DNA of 64,000 nucleotides, from IMG/VR virus record IMGVR_UViG_3300008987_000001. One strand, 5' to 3'. The position numbers and the translations under genes are program-made. Below the pieces are notes generated by a model that made no database searches, was not told where the DNA came from, and saw only the letters and a program-made list of their open reading frames with translations. Below are positions 50,658-62,123 of this stretch, piece after piece. The first letter of the stretch is position 1. Each line of letters starts with the position of its first letter. This DNA is from a virus (Duplodnaviria; Heunggongvirae; Uroviricota; Caudoviricetes).

Positions 50658-51224
50658 TTATAGGTTACTTATGATTCTTGAGATGTTACTGTGTATGGGG
50701 GTTGAGGTGGTGTCTATCATGAGGACATTGAGATTGAATAGTTTAAATATTAGATCGTAACGGGATTGGATGCATTGGATCTGGCTGATTGATAGGTGGT
50801 GTTCTTCACTTCTTTCTGATAATCTGTGATGTATAATTGATGGTTCGGCATATACATAGATTACGAGGGCTGGTGGAAACACTGCTAACTGACTACTGTA
50901 TACTTGGTTTATTGCGCAGAATGGTGGCCAGTGATGTTTGGTTTCAATCTCTATTGATTGGTATACAAGGCTACATATGAAAGATCTGTCGCTTATGAGA
51001 TGGGTTGTGAGTGGAAATTCAATGTCTTTATATAATAAATATCTATCGTGGGCAAATAGGTCAATCTGTTTAAATACATCATTGGTTTCTTTGATTTGCT
51101 TGATGAAGGTATCATTGTGGGGTTCTTTGATGTAAGTGGCTGGATATTGTTGTTTTAGGTGTTCTAGGATAGTAGATTTTCCTGAACCATCACACCCACA
51201 AATGTTAATAATGCATGGATCCAT
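50658..51224 (-). CDS. Thymidylate (dTMP)/deoxynucleoside kinase-like P-loop kinase; probable start at the internal Met (51224). The ORF track extends to 51296 across a TATA-like box.
   Basis: MDPCIINICGCDGSGKST Walker A typical of thymidylate kinases. Confidence 0.5.
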   Translation of the reverse strand: MDPCIINICGCDGSGKSTILEHLKQQYPATYIKEPHNDTFIKQIKETNDVFKQIDLFAHDRYLLYKDIEFPLTTHLISDRSFICSLVYQSIEIETKHHWPPFCAINQVYSSQLAVFPPALVIYVYAEPSIIHHRLSERSEEHHLSISQIQCIQSRYDLIFKLFNLNVLMIDTTSTPIHSNISRIISNL

Positions 51225-51302
51225 TAGTAATGGTTGGGTGTTAATGTATATATAAGGTTGGGTAAAAATAGATGTGGTTAATATATCCCCTGCCAAGGAT
51301 TA

Positions 51303-51668
51303 TTAACCTGATGCTTGGATTGTTCTAATAGACTTTTTAATTATTTCATGGCGATCGATGTATTCTTCTTTGAGATCGCGAGCAATTTTTGTTGGGCTGG
51401 CCTTTAACTGGTAGATGTTTTCAGGTCTACCAAAGACACCAGGTTCTTTCAGTTTCATTGAAACATCGACCCAGTCATGGTGCTCAAGGGTTCGCAGGGC
51501 TGCTGACACGTATGGCTGGCGGAGTTGTAAGGCTCGTTCGATGTCCCATTGTGAGACTGGGGTGTCTTGGTTCTTCATAAGAAATGCAAGTACAGATGCT
51601 TCCTTGGATTTCAGACCGAGAGTTTTCAGTGCCTCGGTTATATCACTGGGGCTAGTATATTGCTTCAT
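51303..51668 (-). CDS. Winged-helix transcription regulator (TrmB/MarR-like)
   Basis: LGLKSKEASVLAFLMKNQDTPVSQWDIERALQLRQPYVSAALRTLEHHDWV. Confidence 0.4.
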   Translation of the reverse strand: MKQYTSPSDITEALKTLGLKSKEASVLAFLMKNQDTPVSQWDIERALQLRQPYVSAALRTLEHHDWVDVSMKLKEPGVFGRPENIYQLKASPTKIARDLKEEYIDRHEIIKKSIRTIQASG

Positions 51669-54411
51669 ACAATCTAATAGTCAACTGCGTGGTATATAAA
51701 TGTTTCTACTTGGGATTTGAGAAACGTGCTTTACGCAATTATATAATTCGTATTATAAATTTGATAAGGGTGTTTATAGATATGGGTAATATACATTTAA
51801 AGGTGTCGAATTGATATTTGGACAAAGTGGAGTGGATAGTTAATACACAGTGAGATATATGGTGTGCGCAGAGGGTTATAACCAATCAATAAAGGTGATC
51901 TTGTTTGTGTCGGGCATAAAGTGTATGTGCAATGTAGTCAACTTTTCACGGATATCTTCAATATAACTAGACAATTCGGTTATAAGCATACTAGTTACTT
52001 GTCCTTCGATATTAATCAATGGTGGATTTGGTGTTAAATATATCTCCGTTGGTACGTTTAGATATTCAAGATCTCGTGTAATATATGGTGTGTTGTCATC
52101 TGTACACCATTCAATTTTAAATTTCATAATATATTGACTCCAATTGTTTATGATCAGGGAACTTTTTCTAACCAACAGCCGTTGATACTTGTTCCATAGT
52201 TTAAAATACCTTTACGATTGAATTTAAAAAGCGATGCATAAATTTGCTTATCAACTACATTATATGTTTTACAGATATACTCTAAATGAGATGGTATCCA
52301 TACAACATTATATAATCCAGCATCGATATATAAACTTAATAAATATTGTTCTGCATCTGGATTCATTTTATGTAACCCCACATTTTAGTATAATCACGTT
52401 CAAATAAATCACAAGGAATTGTTAAATCACAACTAAATATATTTGCACTTTCATGATATTCAATACGTCGCTTAACAACTTCTGGATTTATTAAACAAAG
52501 ATTATCCAAGTTACTTGTAAAATGCTTACAAATGGAACATGAATGTTTTTCAACACTTGGTCGTATAGAGGGTGTGAATGGCATATTATCATCAATATGC
52601 TCTTCTCCTCCAAAATGCCACATTCCCATGGTTACACCCCCATTAAATTTTGTGAAAGTTCTAATGAATGTTGTCGTTCCAATAGTTTTAATCGTTCGTT
52701 TAATTCATTTACATTTGTTGCCAATTCTCTAAATGCGGGTGCTATTTGTGTGTTAATATGTTCAACTATTTGGTTAATGGATTTTGTATGTGGGTCTTCG
52801 TATTTTCCACCAATTTTAAATCCAAATAATTGTTCAATTATATCGAACTCTTCCACATATTTACCTTTTTCAAAGTGTCCCATGGTTATACCTCTATATC
52901 TTTAAACATATTTGGATTTAATACTATTAAACTACTTCCTTGGGTATAAACTCGTCCACATGAACATTTGGTATTTTCACGACAGATAAATATACGGGTT
53001 TCACATTTTGAACAGGTAACAGTATATGGTTCAACCCATACCATCTCATAAGGTATTTGTGCAACCTTCATCCAATCATTGATGTTTTTAAATTTCATAA
53101 TCGATCTACCCTACTTAATACAGGAACATCTCGCCATCAGATACACAGTGGATTAAGATTGGTTTATTAACAAGTCGAATTAATAGATCTTTAAGCCACA
53201 TTGTTGCGTGATATGTAGCATCTCCCTTTGCATCATCCATAGTTATATCATCAAACATATAATCCGTGTATATAAATTGTGGACTGATGTCTATGTAATC
53301 ACTTGAACCACGATATCGAGGTGTTTGTACCACTGCATATGTCGGTCCACTATATACTAAATAGAATTGATTATCATCAACTGATATAGCATTGTTGTCA
53401 GGAGTAATTAGGTATGTCATAATGTAATTCCTTTGTTATTACTTTCATCACATTTCATCATCTCTGGCATAAGTATATGTTACTACTTTATTACAGTTTA
53501 TGCATCTTGGTTCTTCACCATATACATGGATTGCATCAACGATTCCACAGGTAGGACACGTATAGACTCGATGTGCTGACTGAGCACCACGAGCCAAAGT
53601 TTGAAATAAATCATGATTAGTGATCATATACATAATAATGATTTAATTTCTTCATATCCTTCCATTTGCCATGCAAATGAATCTACTACACGACGACCCT
53701 TTTTAGTAAATTGCCATTTGTTATACCGACGATTATGACTCATCCCATCACCGAGGTAAAATTCTCCAGATGGTTCAAGGATGTTTTGAGTAGTAAGCAT
53801 AGTTATACGTTGTGGTGGAAACACGTGGTTAATGTCCCGTGTATAAAACGGGTTATTACCAACAGTTCTGTATAACTTTACTAACTCATCTTTATAATTG
53901 TCAAGCTTCTTTCTACATCTTCCCATGGTTATATATTAGGTGGGATTGAATTTATACTTGATCATTCATCAGTATCATCCTTATCATTACCATAGAAATA
54001 CTTACAATGTATTGATTTATCATCGATTCCAGAGTGGAATTTGCATGCTCTACATAATCGCAATGGAACATGTAATTCTGCTAAAACACACCAAATAAAT
54101 GGTTCAATTGGTTCAGCATGATATATTGTATTAGTTGTCATACATTATCACATTTCATTTGGCAAAAATCATCTGGATCTTCATCAATGTATATATCTCT
54201 GCCAATTGCAAGGCATCTCCCAACTGGTTCATTTTCATCATTATCATAAATTTTATAATGTAAACAATTAATACATATCATTCTACATCATCCTTTAATA
54301 TCCATTCTAAAATAGATAATTGTCCTCTTAATACTTTGATATCTGATTTCTTTTGGACATTGCCATATAATAGTGCAAATTTAATAAGTTCTAATTTGGG
54401 TTTCATAATGA

Positions 54412-54906
54412 TCACTCATTCCACTCTATATACTTGCCATCGGGGGTTACTCGTTCATTAAAGAATGTTAAGTATTCTTCATGAGGTAATGGGGTGTTGG
54501 TTGTGGTGATATGTTCATGTTCATGTAGGGCAAATTCTTTACAGGCGTCAATCCACTGTTTAACTTCTTCACTATCATTCTGCCATTCCATCTTGCGAAT
54601 CATTTGATTAATGCTATGATTCATTCGCTTAAAGAATGAAAGATAGATCTCGTAATTTGGATCACCAGTGTTAAGTGTTACTTGGATTGGTTTGTTTACT
54701 TCATCAGTGGCCATAAACTCATCGTAATCAACAGTCCAGCCACCTAGAGGGTTAGAATACCAAGCGAGTTGATTTCTAATCTTTTGTTTCATATCCCAGA
54801 GTGTACGTGCATCATTTGAGATTCGAGTGTTGTATATGCCCCAATATGCACACCATCCTTCATGAAAGAATGGACATGGATTGTGATCACAAAAGTAATT
54901 ACGCAT
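54412..54906 (-). CDS. Hypothetical protein (164 aa)
   Basis: ORF only. Confidence 0.25.
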   Translation of the reverse strand: MRNYFCDHNPCPFFHEGWCAYWGIYNTRISNDARTLWDMKQKIRNQLAWYSNPLGGWTVDYDEFMATDEVNKPIQVTLNTGDPNYEIYLSFFKRMNHSINQMIRKMEWQNDSEEVKQWIDACKEFALHEHEHITTTNTPLPHEEYLTFFNERVTPDGKYIEWNE

Positions 54907-56846
54907 GATTATCTATTCCCACTTTAAACTCCACTTTGAATGATTTTTACAACCATGATATTCATCAATTGATAATGGTATGATATACCTGCTACATATG
55001 CATGGATGAACACCTAATCCATCAGAATATAAACAGGTGTCACATGTAACCAGACCCTCTTTATAATTGATAATCCATTTAATAAATGATTCTAACATAA
55101 TATATCACCTTCATGGTAATGGATCCTCATATAGATAATCAACTCGATCAGTTAATATGTTAATTTGTTTTTCCAACTCGGTAATACGCTTGTTTAATTT
55201 ATTAAGTTGTGTGGATACCTGCTCAAAATTTTTATCTACTATTTGCAGTGCTTCACTCATTTTCACTTCTAAAGCCATTGCTTCAAACATATTAATTACA
55301 CCACCACTGTACATTCTGCATCTATAATTTTATCTCCATCCATTTTAAGGCAGTAATGAATCTCAAATTTTTCACCATCTTTAATTGTGATTGGATCCTT
55401 TGCAATAAATCTAATACAATTTTCCATTATATACCTCGGAGGATGCCAGTTGTTTTGTCATATACCACTTTTGCCACACTATTATTCCATGCATGGAACT
55501 CATCTTCCTTGCCAACAATATACCCAGTAACAAATGATGGAAGTGATACATGTGTACCATCTGCAAAATACCGATCATAACCATCTGATGCCATACGATG
55601 CGTAGAGTATACTTCCATGTATGGTTGATCATCATTATGTCCAAATTGGTAATATATGCTCCAACCACATTGTAAAATGTGAGTGTATTGCTTGAGTTCG
55701 AAGGTTGTCATGTCAAATTTAATCTTCCAATGACTGAATTGTTCTGTTAATTTGTCATGGAAGTAACATGCGATGTGATAATCTTCGTCAGTTGAGATGG
55801 GGTTTATTGATTGCTCATTAGTCACGATTTTCACACCTAACAACACCATTATCAATAATCATTTAACACCAAATAATACACAATATGAATCATCTACCAA
55901 ATGTAACTTATCTAAATATTCATATCCTAGTGCAATTGGTTCAGAATATGCACTACAAATATCACCATTTTCAAGATATCCATGATCACAATGTTGACCA
56001 GTCAATGGACAAAATACCATGATGCATCACCCCAATGGACATTTCAATGGTTGAATCGTGATATCATCAATGATCATTGCTCTGAATAGTATAGTTGATT
56101 CTTCAAGCATTGCCATGTATGGACGTCGTGATGCCTTACAATAGTAAATGATACCTGGAACATTGCTTTCTTTTCCACTATACATTCGTTCACTTCCTAA
56201 ATGATCACAGAGTTTGCAACAAGTATCAATCATATATACCTCTCAACGTTTAATAGATGCCCCATTATTGCTGTACGTTTTTGTTTCTTTAAGTCTTTTA
56301 TTTTTAACTCAATCAACTTAACAATTTCAACATCAGATAGGTCATCCATTTGTAATATTTTCACAACAGATACTTTAATTCCATCTACAATGATTGATAC
56401 TTCTTGAGCAAAATGAGTTTTTGTAATTACTAAAACAAGATTCGGCCATTTAGATTGTAAATATTCAACGAGTTTTTCACGATGTATCTGTGTATGATAC
56501 TGCGCTTCCAACCTACGATATTCAGGGGTATCAAATAATGACATTATGTGGGCTCCTTAATGTTTAGATGTGTTCCATCACTATGTTAGATACTCTTCCA
56601 ATTTTAAACATATCATAGGTAAAATGATAATTTGGATCAATTGTGTAAATATAATACATATCCTCCCCGTAAATTGGAAAATGTGCAATTGATGCTTTTA
56701 TCGCAGCAGTGGTTCTAAATAATTTAGCATCTAAAATATTTTTAGAGAAATTATTACTACCTTTACTATAATATTGTTCACCGTTATAATCAATATATAA
56801 TATGTATCGATGTAATTGCGAATCATTAACCATGATATTACACTCC

Positions 56847-57326
56847 TTAACGTTCAGTTGTACTCCACCTTTCTGGATATGGACAATTCATTGGCTCTAC
56901 TGTTGGATCCTCAATGATAGTGTAGGTAAATGTGATAAATTGCCTATGATCATCAATTGATGGATATTGCAGAGGCTTCTTACAATAATGACATTCCTTG
57001 TAATCATCCTTGTAATGAGTGTATAGGTAACAACCCACACACCCGTGATTTCCATCTACACGTTTTATAGTGCTCTTGGCATTTTTCAATCGTTTTTCAA
57101 GTTCGTCATTTGAGATTGTGCCATATTTAGGGCTAGCACATTTGATTATTGGTATATTATCTAAACATTCTTCGGGCATATAATCATCTGCAGAATTAAG
57201 TAAATTTTCCCAATCTTTACGTTTAATCACTTCAAATTTCGGACTTCCACTTATTATAGGTATGTTATATTCTCCATCACACATAATTAGATCTCCTTTA
57301 ATAGTGGATATCCCTGTTCTTTCCAT
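56847..57326 (-). CDS. Cys/His-rich zinc-binding protein
   Basis: GCVGCYLYTHYKDDYKECHYCKK. Confidence 0.3.
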   Translation of the reverse strand: MERTGISTIKGDLIMCDGEYNIPIISGSPKFEVIKRKDWENLLNSADDYMPEECLDNIPIIKCASPKYGTISNDELEKRLKNAKSTIKRVDGNHGCVGCYLYTHYKDDYKECHYCKKPLQYPSIDDHRQFITFTYTIIEDPTVEPMNCPYPERWSTTER

Positions 57327-58110
57327 TTTTGATCTACATAACTGATCACATCATCGGGGATTTTTGTTTCATCTTCTACATAACGAGTCCTACAGATATA
57401 TTTCAATCTAAAAAGTGTTTTTGTCTCAAAATCTTCAGTCTCATCATTAGATATACAAATAGTAAACAATTCATCTACATCTTTAGGGTGCTTCCATATC
57501 AACCGTGTAAATTGTTTGTATCGTGAATCAAAGGATTCAGTAATCACATACCAATAAGAATATTTACGTTTAGGCATAATACATCACTCTAATTCTCCTA
57601 TACAATCATGTTTAGGTTTATGCATCCAATCAGACCATGGAAGTGATTCAGGGAGTAGTAAACTCAATATATGTGGATAGATTTTTTCTCTGAAACATTT
57701 AGAACAGATATCAGGTTCAAAGTAATATATCGAACTATCATCCGGCCACGATTCACCATGTTCATAAGAGATAGTTACATCACGAATTAACACTGGCATT
57801 GATGAATATCTGGTTTCTTTGTATATGTTTTCGCCACAAATATCACACGCGGTAAGTGTTTTTTCCTTTGCAGTTTTAGTAACTTCTATATAATGATCCA
57901 TAATTCATTCCTTATATATCTGATAAATGTTATAATCAACAAATAATCCAATTATGATACCAATTAATAATCCAAACCACGGTAATCCAATATTCGATAA
58001 TACAATTTCTAACATCAATCCTATACCAATAACTGATGCAACAAATACAAGTAACATTGTAAAAATTGTATATACTATAAAACTATAATCATCACACATA
58101 GTATACACCG

Positions 58111-59127
58111 TTAAACATATTGATCTACCTCATAAATATAATCATACTTTTTTGCTTTATACATAGACCAGTCGATGTTATCTTTAATCATTGAACGAAA
58201 TATCGTACTACTTACATGTGGATATTCTGTCATTAAATACATGATATCGCAAGTTAATCCCATATCACGATAGATGCTTGCAAGGTTCTTTTCATATGTT
58301 AGATCATTCTGATCACGGATACCCCGAACAAGTGTTATGTCTCCACCATTTTGACACTGAAATGTTTTAATTAAGTCTGTAAGTGATCCTGTAAACACAA
58401 CTATCCGGTGAAATGGTAAGGCTCTACGAAGTTCTTTAATATCAGTGCCTTCTGGAACTGCTACTATTAATTGATCAAAGTGTTTATCGGCTTGCTCTAA
58501 TACTGATAGATGACCAATGTGGAATGGATTAAATGAACCAGCATACACACCAATATGGGGTTTATAAGATTGAAAGAATTCAATGTTATGTTGAAATATC
58601 TGATTATCCAGTTGAAGATCTGTTACACCATCTCGAATTAGGTTACGTAAGAAATCATTACGATTTGAAACTAACTCACCCCATGGAACAAATTGATATT
58701 CCTTAAGAATTCTAATCCCATCTGAAATTGATCTACCCCCATCATGGATGAAATACCATAAGTCGAGAGTTCGGATAACTTGAACTGCTTCCCAGATAGA
58801 ATCATCTACTTTACAGGTATATGTTTTAGGATCAGTATAATGAATTAATGATTTGATAATTGACTTATCATCCTCATTCATTTGTGGGCATAGCGTATCT
58901 ACTAGGTCTGCTGATCGTGCTTCGTTATTAGATTTTCTCGGATCGTATATTGCATCGTGTAAATCTACTGCAATACGAATAAGATGCCAATAGCGTTCAG
59001 ATACATTCCATTCATGGGACATAAGCATAGTATTCATAAATGATACATGCATGATGTTATGATAGTATCTATGTGGTTCATGATAACGATCTATAACATC
59101 AGGGACATCTTTTAATGTAACTATCAT
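58111..59127 (-). CDS. HD-domain phosphohydrolase fused to a nicotinamide/nicotinate mononucleotide adenylyltransferase (NMNAT/NadD-like) domain
   Basis: N-terminal H...HD (IMHVSF ... AVDLHDAIYD). C-terminal VYAGSFNPFHIGHLSVL, the GxFxPxHxGH nucleotidyltransferase motif. Confidence 0.5.
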   Translation of the reverse strand: MIVTLKDVPDVIDRYHEPHRYYHNIMHVSFMNTMLMSHEWNVSERYWHLIRIAVDLHDAIYDPRKSNNEARSADLVDTLCPQMNEDDKSIIKSLIHYTDPKTYTCKVDDSIWEAVQVIRTLDLWYFIHDGGRSISDGIRILKEYQFVPWGELVSNRNDFLRNLIRDGVTDLQLDNQIFQHNIEFFQSYKPHIGVYAGSFNPFHIGHLSVLEQADKHFDQLIVAVPEGTDIKELRRALPFHRIVVFTGSLTDLIKTFQCQNGGDITLVRGIRDQNDLTYEKNLASIYRDMGLTCDIMYLMTEYPHVSSTIFRSMIKDNIDWSMYKAKKYDYIYEVDQYV

Positions 59128-60219
59128 ATCATCATTCCATAAAATACGGATCCAATATCATTTTCAATTCATCATATTTCATGTGGAAACGACATGGGCA
59201 TTTTTGTACAATTGGATGTGTCAATGGATATGACCAGAGTTCCTTTGCAGTTCGTTCTCCATATATTACATAATCCATGGCAGCCATTGTACAACTATAA
59301 TTATCATTTGTCCATACACAGGTGTTACAGGGTCGATGATATCGTTCTGCAATAGGCAATATCTCAATCATAATATTACATCCTATCAATTAATAAGAAT
59401 AATATGAGCATCAATGTAGCACCAATGGCAATACCAAGTCCAAATGCACTACCTACGGCACCATATACATTGACACCCTCACATAACCACACACCAGTAT
59501 CTGTCAAGTGACAATAGTAACAACTATCACTGACACTGGTATAAATTGGATTTGTAATATTCATAAGGTAGCCACCCCGAGTTTAATCAATGATATCATA
59601 ATGATGAATGTCATGCAACATACTAACCAAAATCGGCGGGGATCCCACCATTCGAGGGTGATATCAGTGAGTGAATCTAATATACATGCCACACTATATA
59701 ATGGACTTGATAGTTAAAAAAGGTTAGTATACAAGATCAGATATAGTTCTTCACTTTACCATCTTCAATATCATAGCGTTTATTGTCTATTGTAATGTCT
59801 CCTGTTGCATCTTGATACATATCACGGATAAGTTCATTGATATAATCTTCATCAAGATCATCATCAATAGTATAGTTCACGTACATTTCAATTAATACAT
59901 GTTTAAGTGTCATGATTGGATACCTTCTTTAAGTTTAATTATCTCATCAATTGTGGTGTAATACTTGCACTTTGGATAATCAATTGGGTAGGCTGGTAGC
60001 ATTGCTTTTCCTGGCCAGTGTGCAAGTGTCGGCATTCTATGTGCTCTACATGAATAATCTGGACATCTATCATATAATATGCAATTATTACAGCACTCCG
60101 ATGGCTCAATAATGGTATAGCCTTCGGGTATTGGGTTAATAGATAGATCGAGGTGTGAAGGATCTACATACTTATACTTCCCTGATTGTGGGGGTGTAAA
60201 GATGTAGTTTAGGATCTTA

Positions 60220-61599
60220 TCAAACATATGACATTATCCTATTACGAATAGTATCTAAATCCTCTTCGATTAGTAATTTACCATTTTCATAGACTAATGG
60301 TAAATTAAACTTACCAGGTTTACTTTCCTTCCCAATAGTAGTTTTGTTTACATCTATCCACTCATTGTTTCGTTTGATGCAACTTGCTTTGATTGCCCAA
60401 CGATTCGTATCACGATTATGTTTTTGGAGTAATGATCCACCACTACCAAAGATAATGTTACTTGGTGCAAAGTGATGAATACTCACTACCTCATGGAGTA
60501 TTTGACTTATCGTATGGGCATCTATACCATCACCATAGATGACGCCGACACGTGAATTTAATACTTTGTAACCACGTTCATTTTTACTCCCACCATATGC
60601 ATCCCATAGATAGTTGAGAATTTTTACAGATACTTTAACTGGATTCCCAGTATCTGGCCTGATTACGCACTTGTCCCGACGATTAAGGATCAATTCTTTG
60701 AGATCGTTGCAGAAATATTGCTTCACTGCATGTTCCCAGTCATACGAATCACATACTAGACTAATTACTGTTGCATTACCAAATCGCTTATCAGATTCTT
60801 CAATTATATGTCTATAGGCTTCGCATTCATGTTCTTGACCCCAACTAGTAATTGTGCTATGTTCTGCAGCAATAACCGATCCACCACAAACATCACTATT
60901 GTAATACCAACGGGCTTTTTCTATAGATGGAATATTATCTGTACCTTGGAAGATTAATAAATGACCTAGCCCACATAATTCGGCACTGGTTAAACTTGAT
61001 GCACCACGAAGTCCAAAGTCATTTAAGTGAAATGGACTTACCTGTTCACCTGCTACATCTGCATACTTTTTGATTCGTTTGTATATATCATAAGATATGG
61101 TTGCAGTATTGGACATAGCATAACAATGCATGAGTAATGACTCTACGTAATTAGTTAACCATGGAACTTGTTCATCTGTATTCTCAATTGCCAACACTGG
61201 AGTTCCTGGTTTAACTATAGTTCCTTCTGGTAATGCATAAATACGCAGGGGTAATGATCCACTATGTTCATTAATAATGTGATTCCAACCATCACGATTG
61301 AAAAAGTTATTACTGCCCATAGAATTTATTACATGTTCAGCCTCTGATACCATTTCACGAGTTAGATAGGTGTGTATAAAATTGTAATGTTTTAATATGA
61401 ATTGTAATCCACACCATACAATGTCCTCATACTGTGCTCCAACACGCGGTTCCATGTAACTATACACTACTTGAGTATCTGGGGGATACTGAAAATAGTG
61501 GGTTGCTTTGTAATAATCAGTTAGAGTTATAAAATTTCTATCTCTCATACGTCTCATCAACTTGTGATTGTGTAAGGGATTACATAGAGTATTACTCAT
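60220..61599 (-). CDS. Nicotinamide phosphoribosyltransferase (NAMPT/NadV family)
   Basis: N-terminal LTDYYKATHYFQYP ... VYSYMEPR typical of NAMPT/PncB. 459 aa. Confidence 0.55.
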   Translation of the reverse strand: MSNTLCNPLHNHKLMRRMRDRNFITLTDYYKATHYFQYPPDTQVVYSYMEPRVGAQYEDIVWCGLQFILKHYNFIHTYLTREMVSEAEHVINSMGSNNFFNRDGWNHIINEHSGSLPLRIYALPEGTIVKPGTPVLAIENTDEQVPWLTNYVESLLMHCYAMSNTATISYDIYKRIKKYADVAGEQVSPFHLNDFGLRGASSLTSAELCGLGHLLIFQGTDNIPSIEKARWYYNSDVCGGSVIAAEHSTITSWGQEHECEAYRHIIEESDKRFGNATVISLVCDSYDWEHAVKQYFCNDLKELILNRRDKCVIRPDTGNPVKVSVKILNYLWDAYGGSKNERGYKVLNSRVGVIYGDGIDAHTISQILHEVVSIHHFAPSNIIFGSGGSLLQKHNRDTNRWAIKASCIKRNNEWIDVNKTTIGKESKPGKFNLPLVYENGKLLIEEDLDTIRNRIMSYV

Positions 61600-62123
61600 T
61601 TATACAGTTCCTTATCATAATGATTGCAAATAATTTGCTCTAATAAATTTCTACTATCAGTAGTGAAGTGCATTTTATCCTTGTTCTTTATATAATAGTC
61701 ATACACACTTATCCATCCTCCAGTTGGATTTGTACCTTGTGCTCTACCTGCACCGCGCCAATCGCATAACATTTCATGAATATATACTAATGGTATGTCA
61801 AGATATCGAACTTCACCTTTATCAGTTACCATAGTCCAATATTGCCAATGATGTTTGTTGGTATGTTGATGGTGAAGCCATGCAAGATCAAATGCTAAAT
61901 CTCCAGTTTGAGCAGCATCATAATAACCAGAGTTATCACGTACAAATTTACCCTTACCGTTTTTTAGGTAAAAGTATCGAGCATATGCTTTGATACTTGA
62001 AAGAGTGAATTTGTTAATGTCATGGACTAACCCACGCCAATATAATTTTTCCTTGAAACAGTAATACATTACCCAAAACTTATGTTTAGTTAAATATGAT
62101 AGATATTTAACATAGTGATTCAT
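61596..62123 (-). CDS. Hypothetical protein translationally coupled to NAMPT
   Basis: Four-nucleotide overlap with the NAMPT start. Confidence 0.3.
   Translation of the reverse strand: MNHYVKYLSYLTKHKFWVMYYCFKEKLYWRGLVHDINKFTLSSIKAYARYFYLKNGKGKFVRDNSGYYDAAQTGDLAFDLAWLHHQHTNKHHWQYWTMVTDKGEVRYLDIPLVYIHEMLCDWRGAGRAQGTNPTGGWISVYDYYIKNKDKMHFTTDSRNLLEQIICNHYDKELYK

Noticed and set aside
51225-51296. N-terminal 24 codons of the ORF-track model for the dTMP-kinase-like gene, and similarly codons 1-5 of the GRD ORF at 23229-23243
   Set aside because: These extensions run across the conserved TATA-like promoter box and begin well before the kinase P-loop, or use a TTG before a well-placed ATG. An internal Met with correct TATA spacing is the more plausible start.
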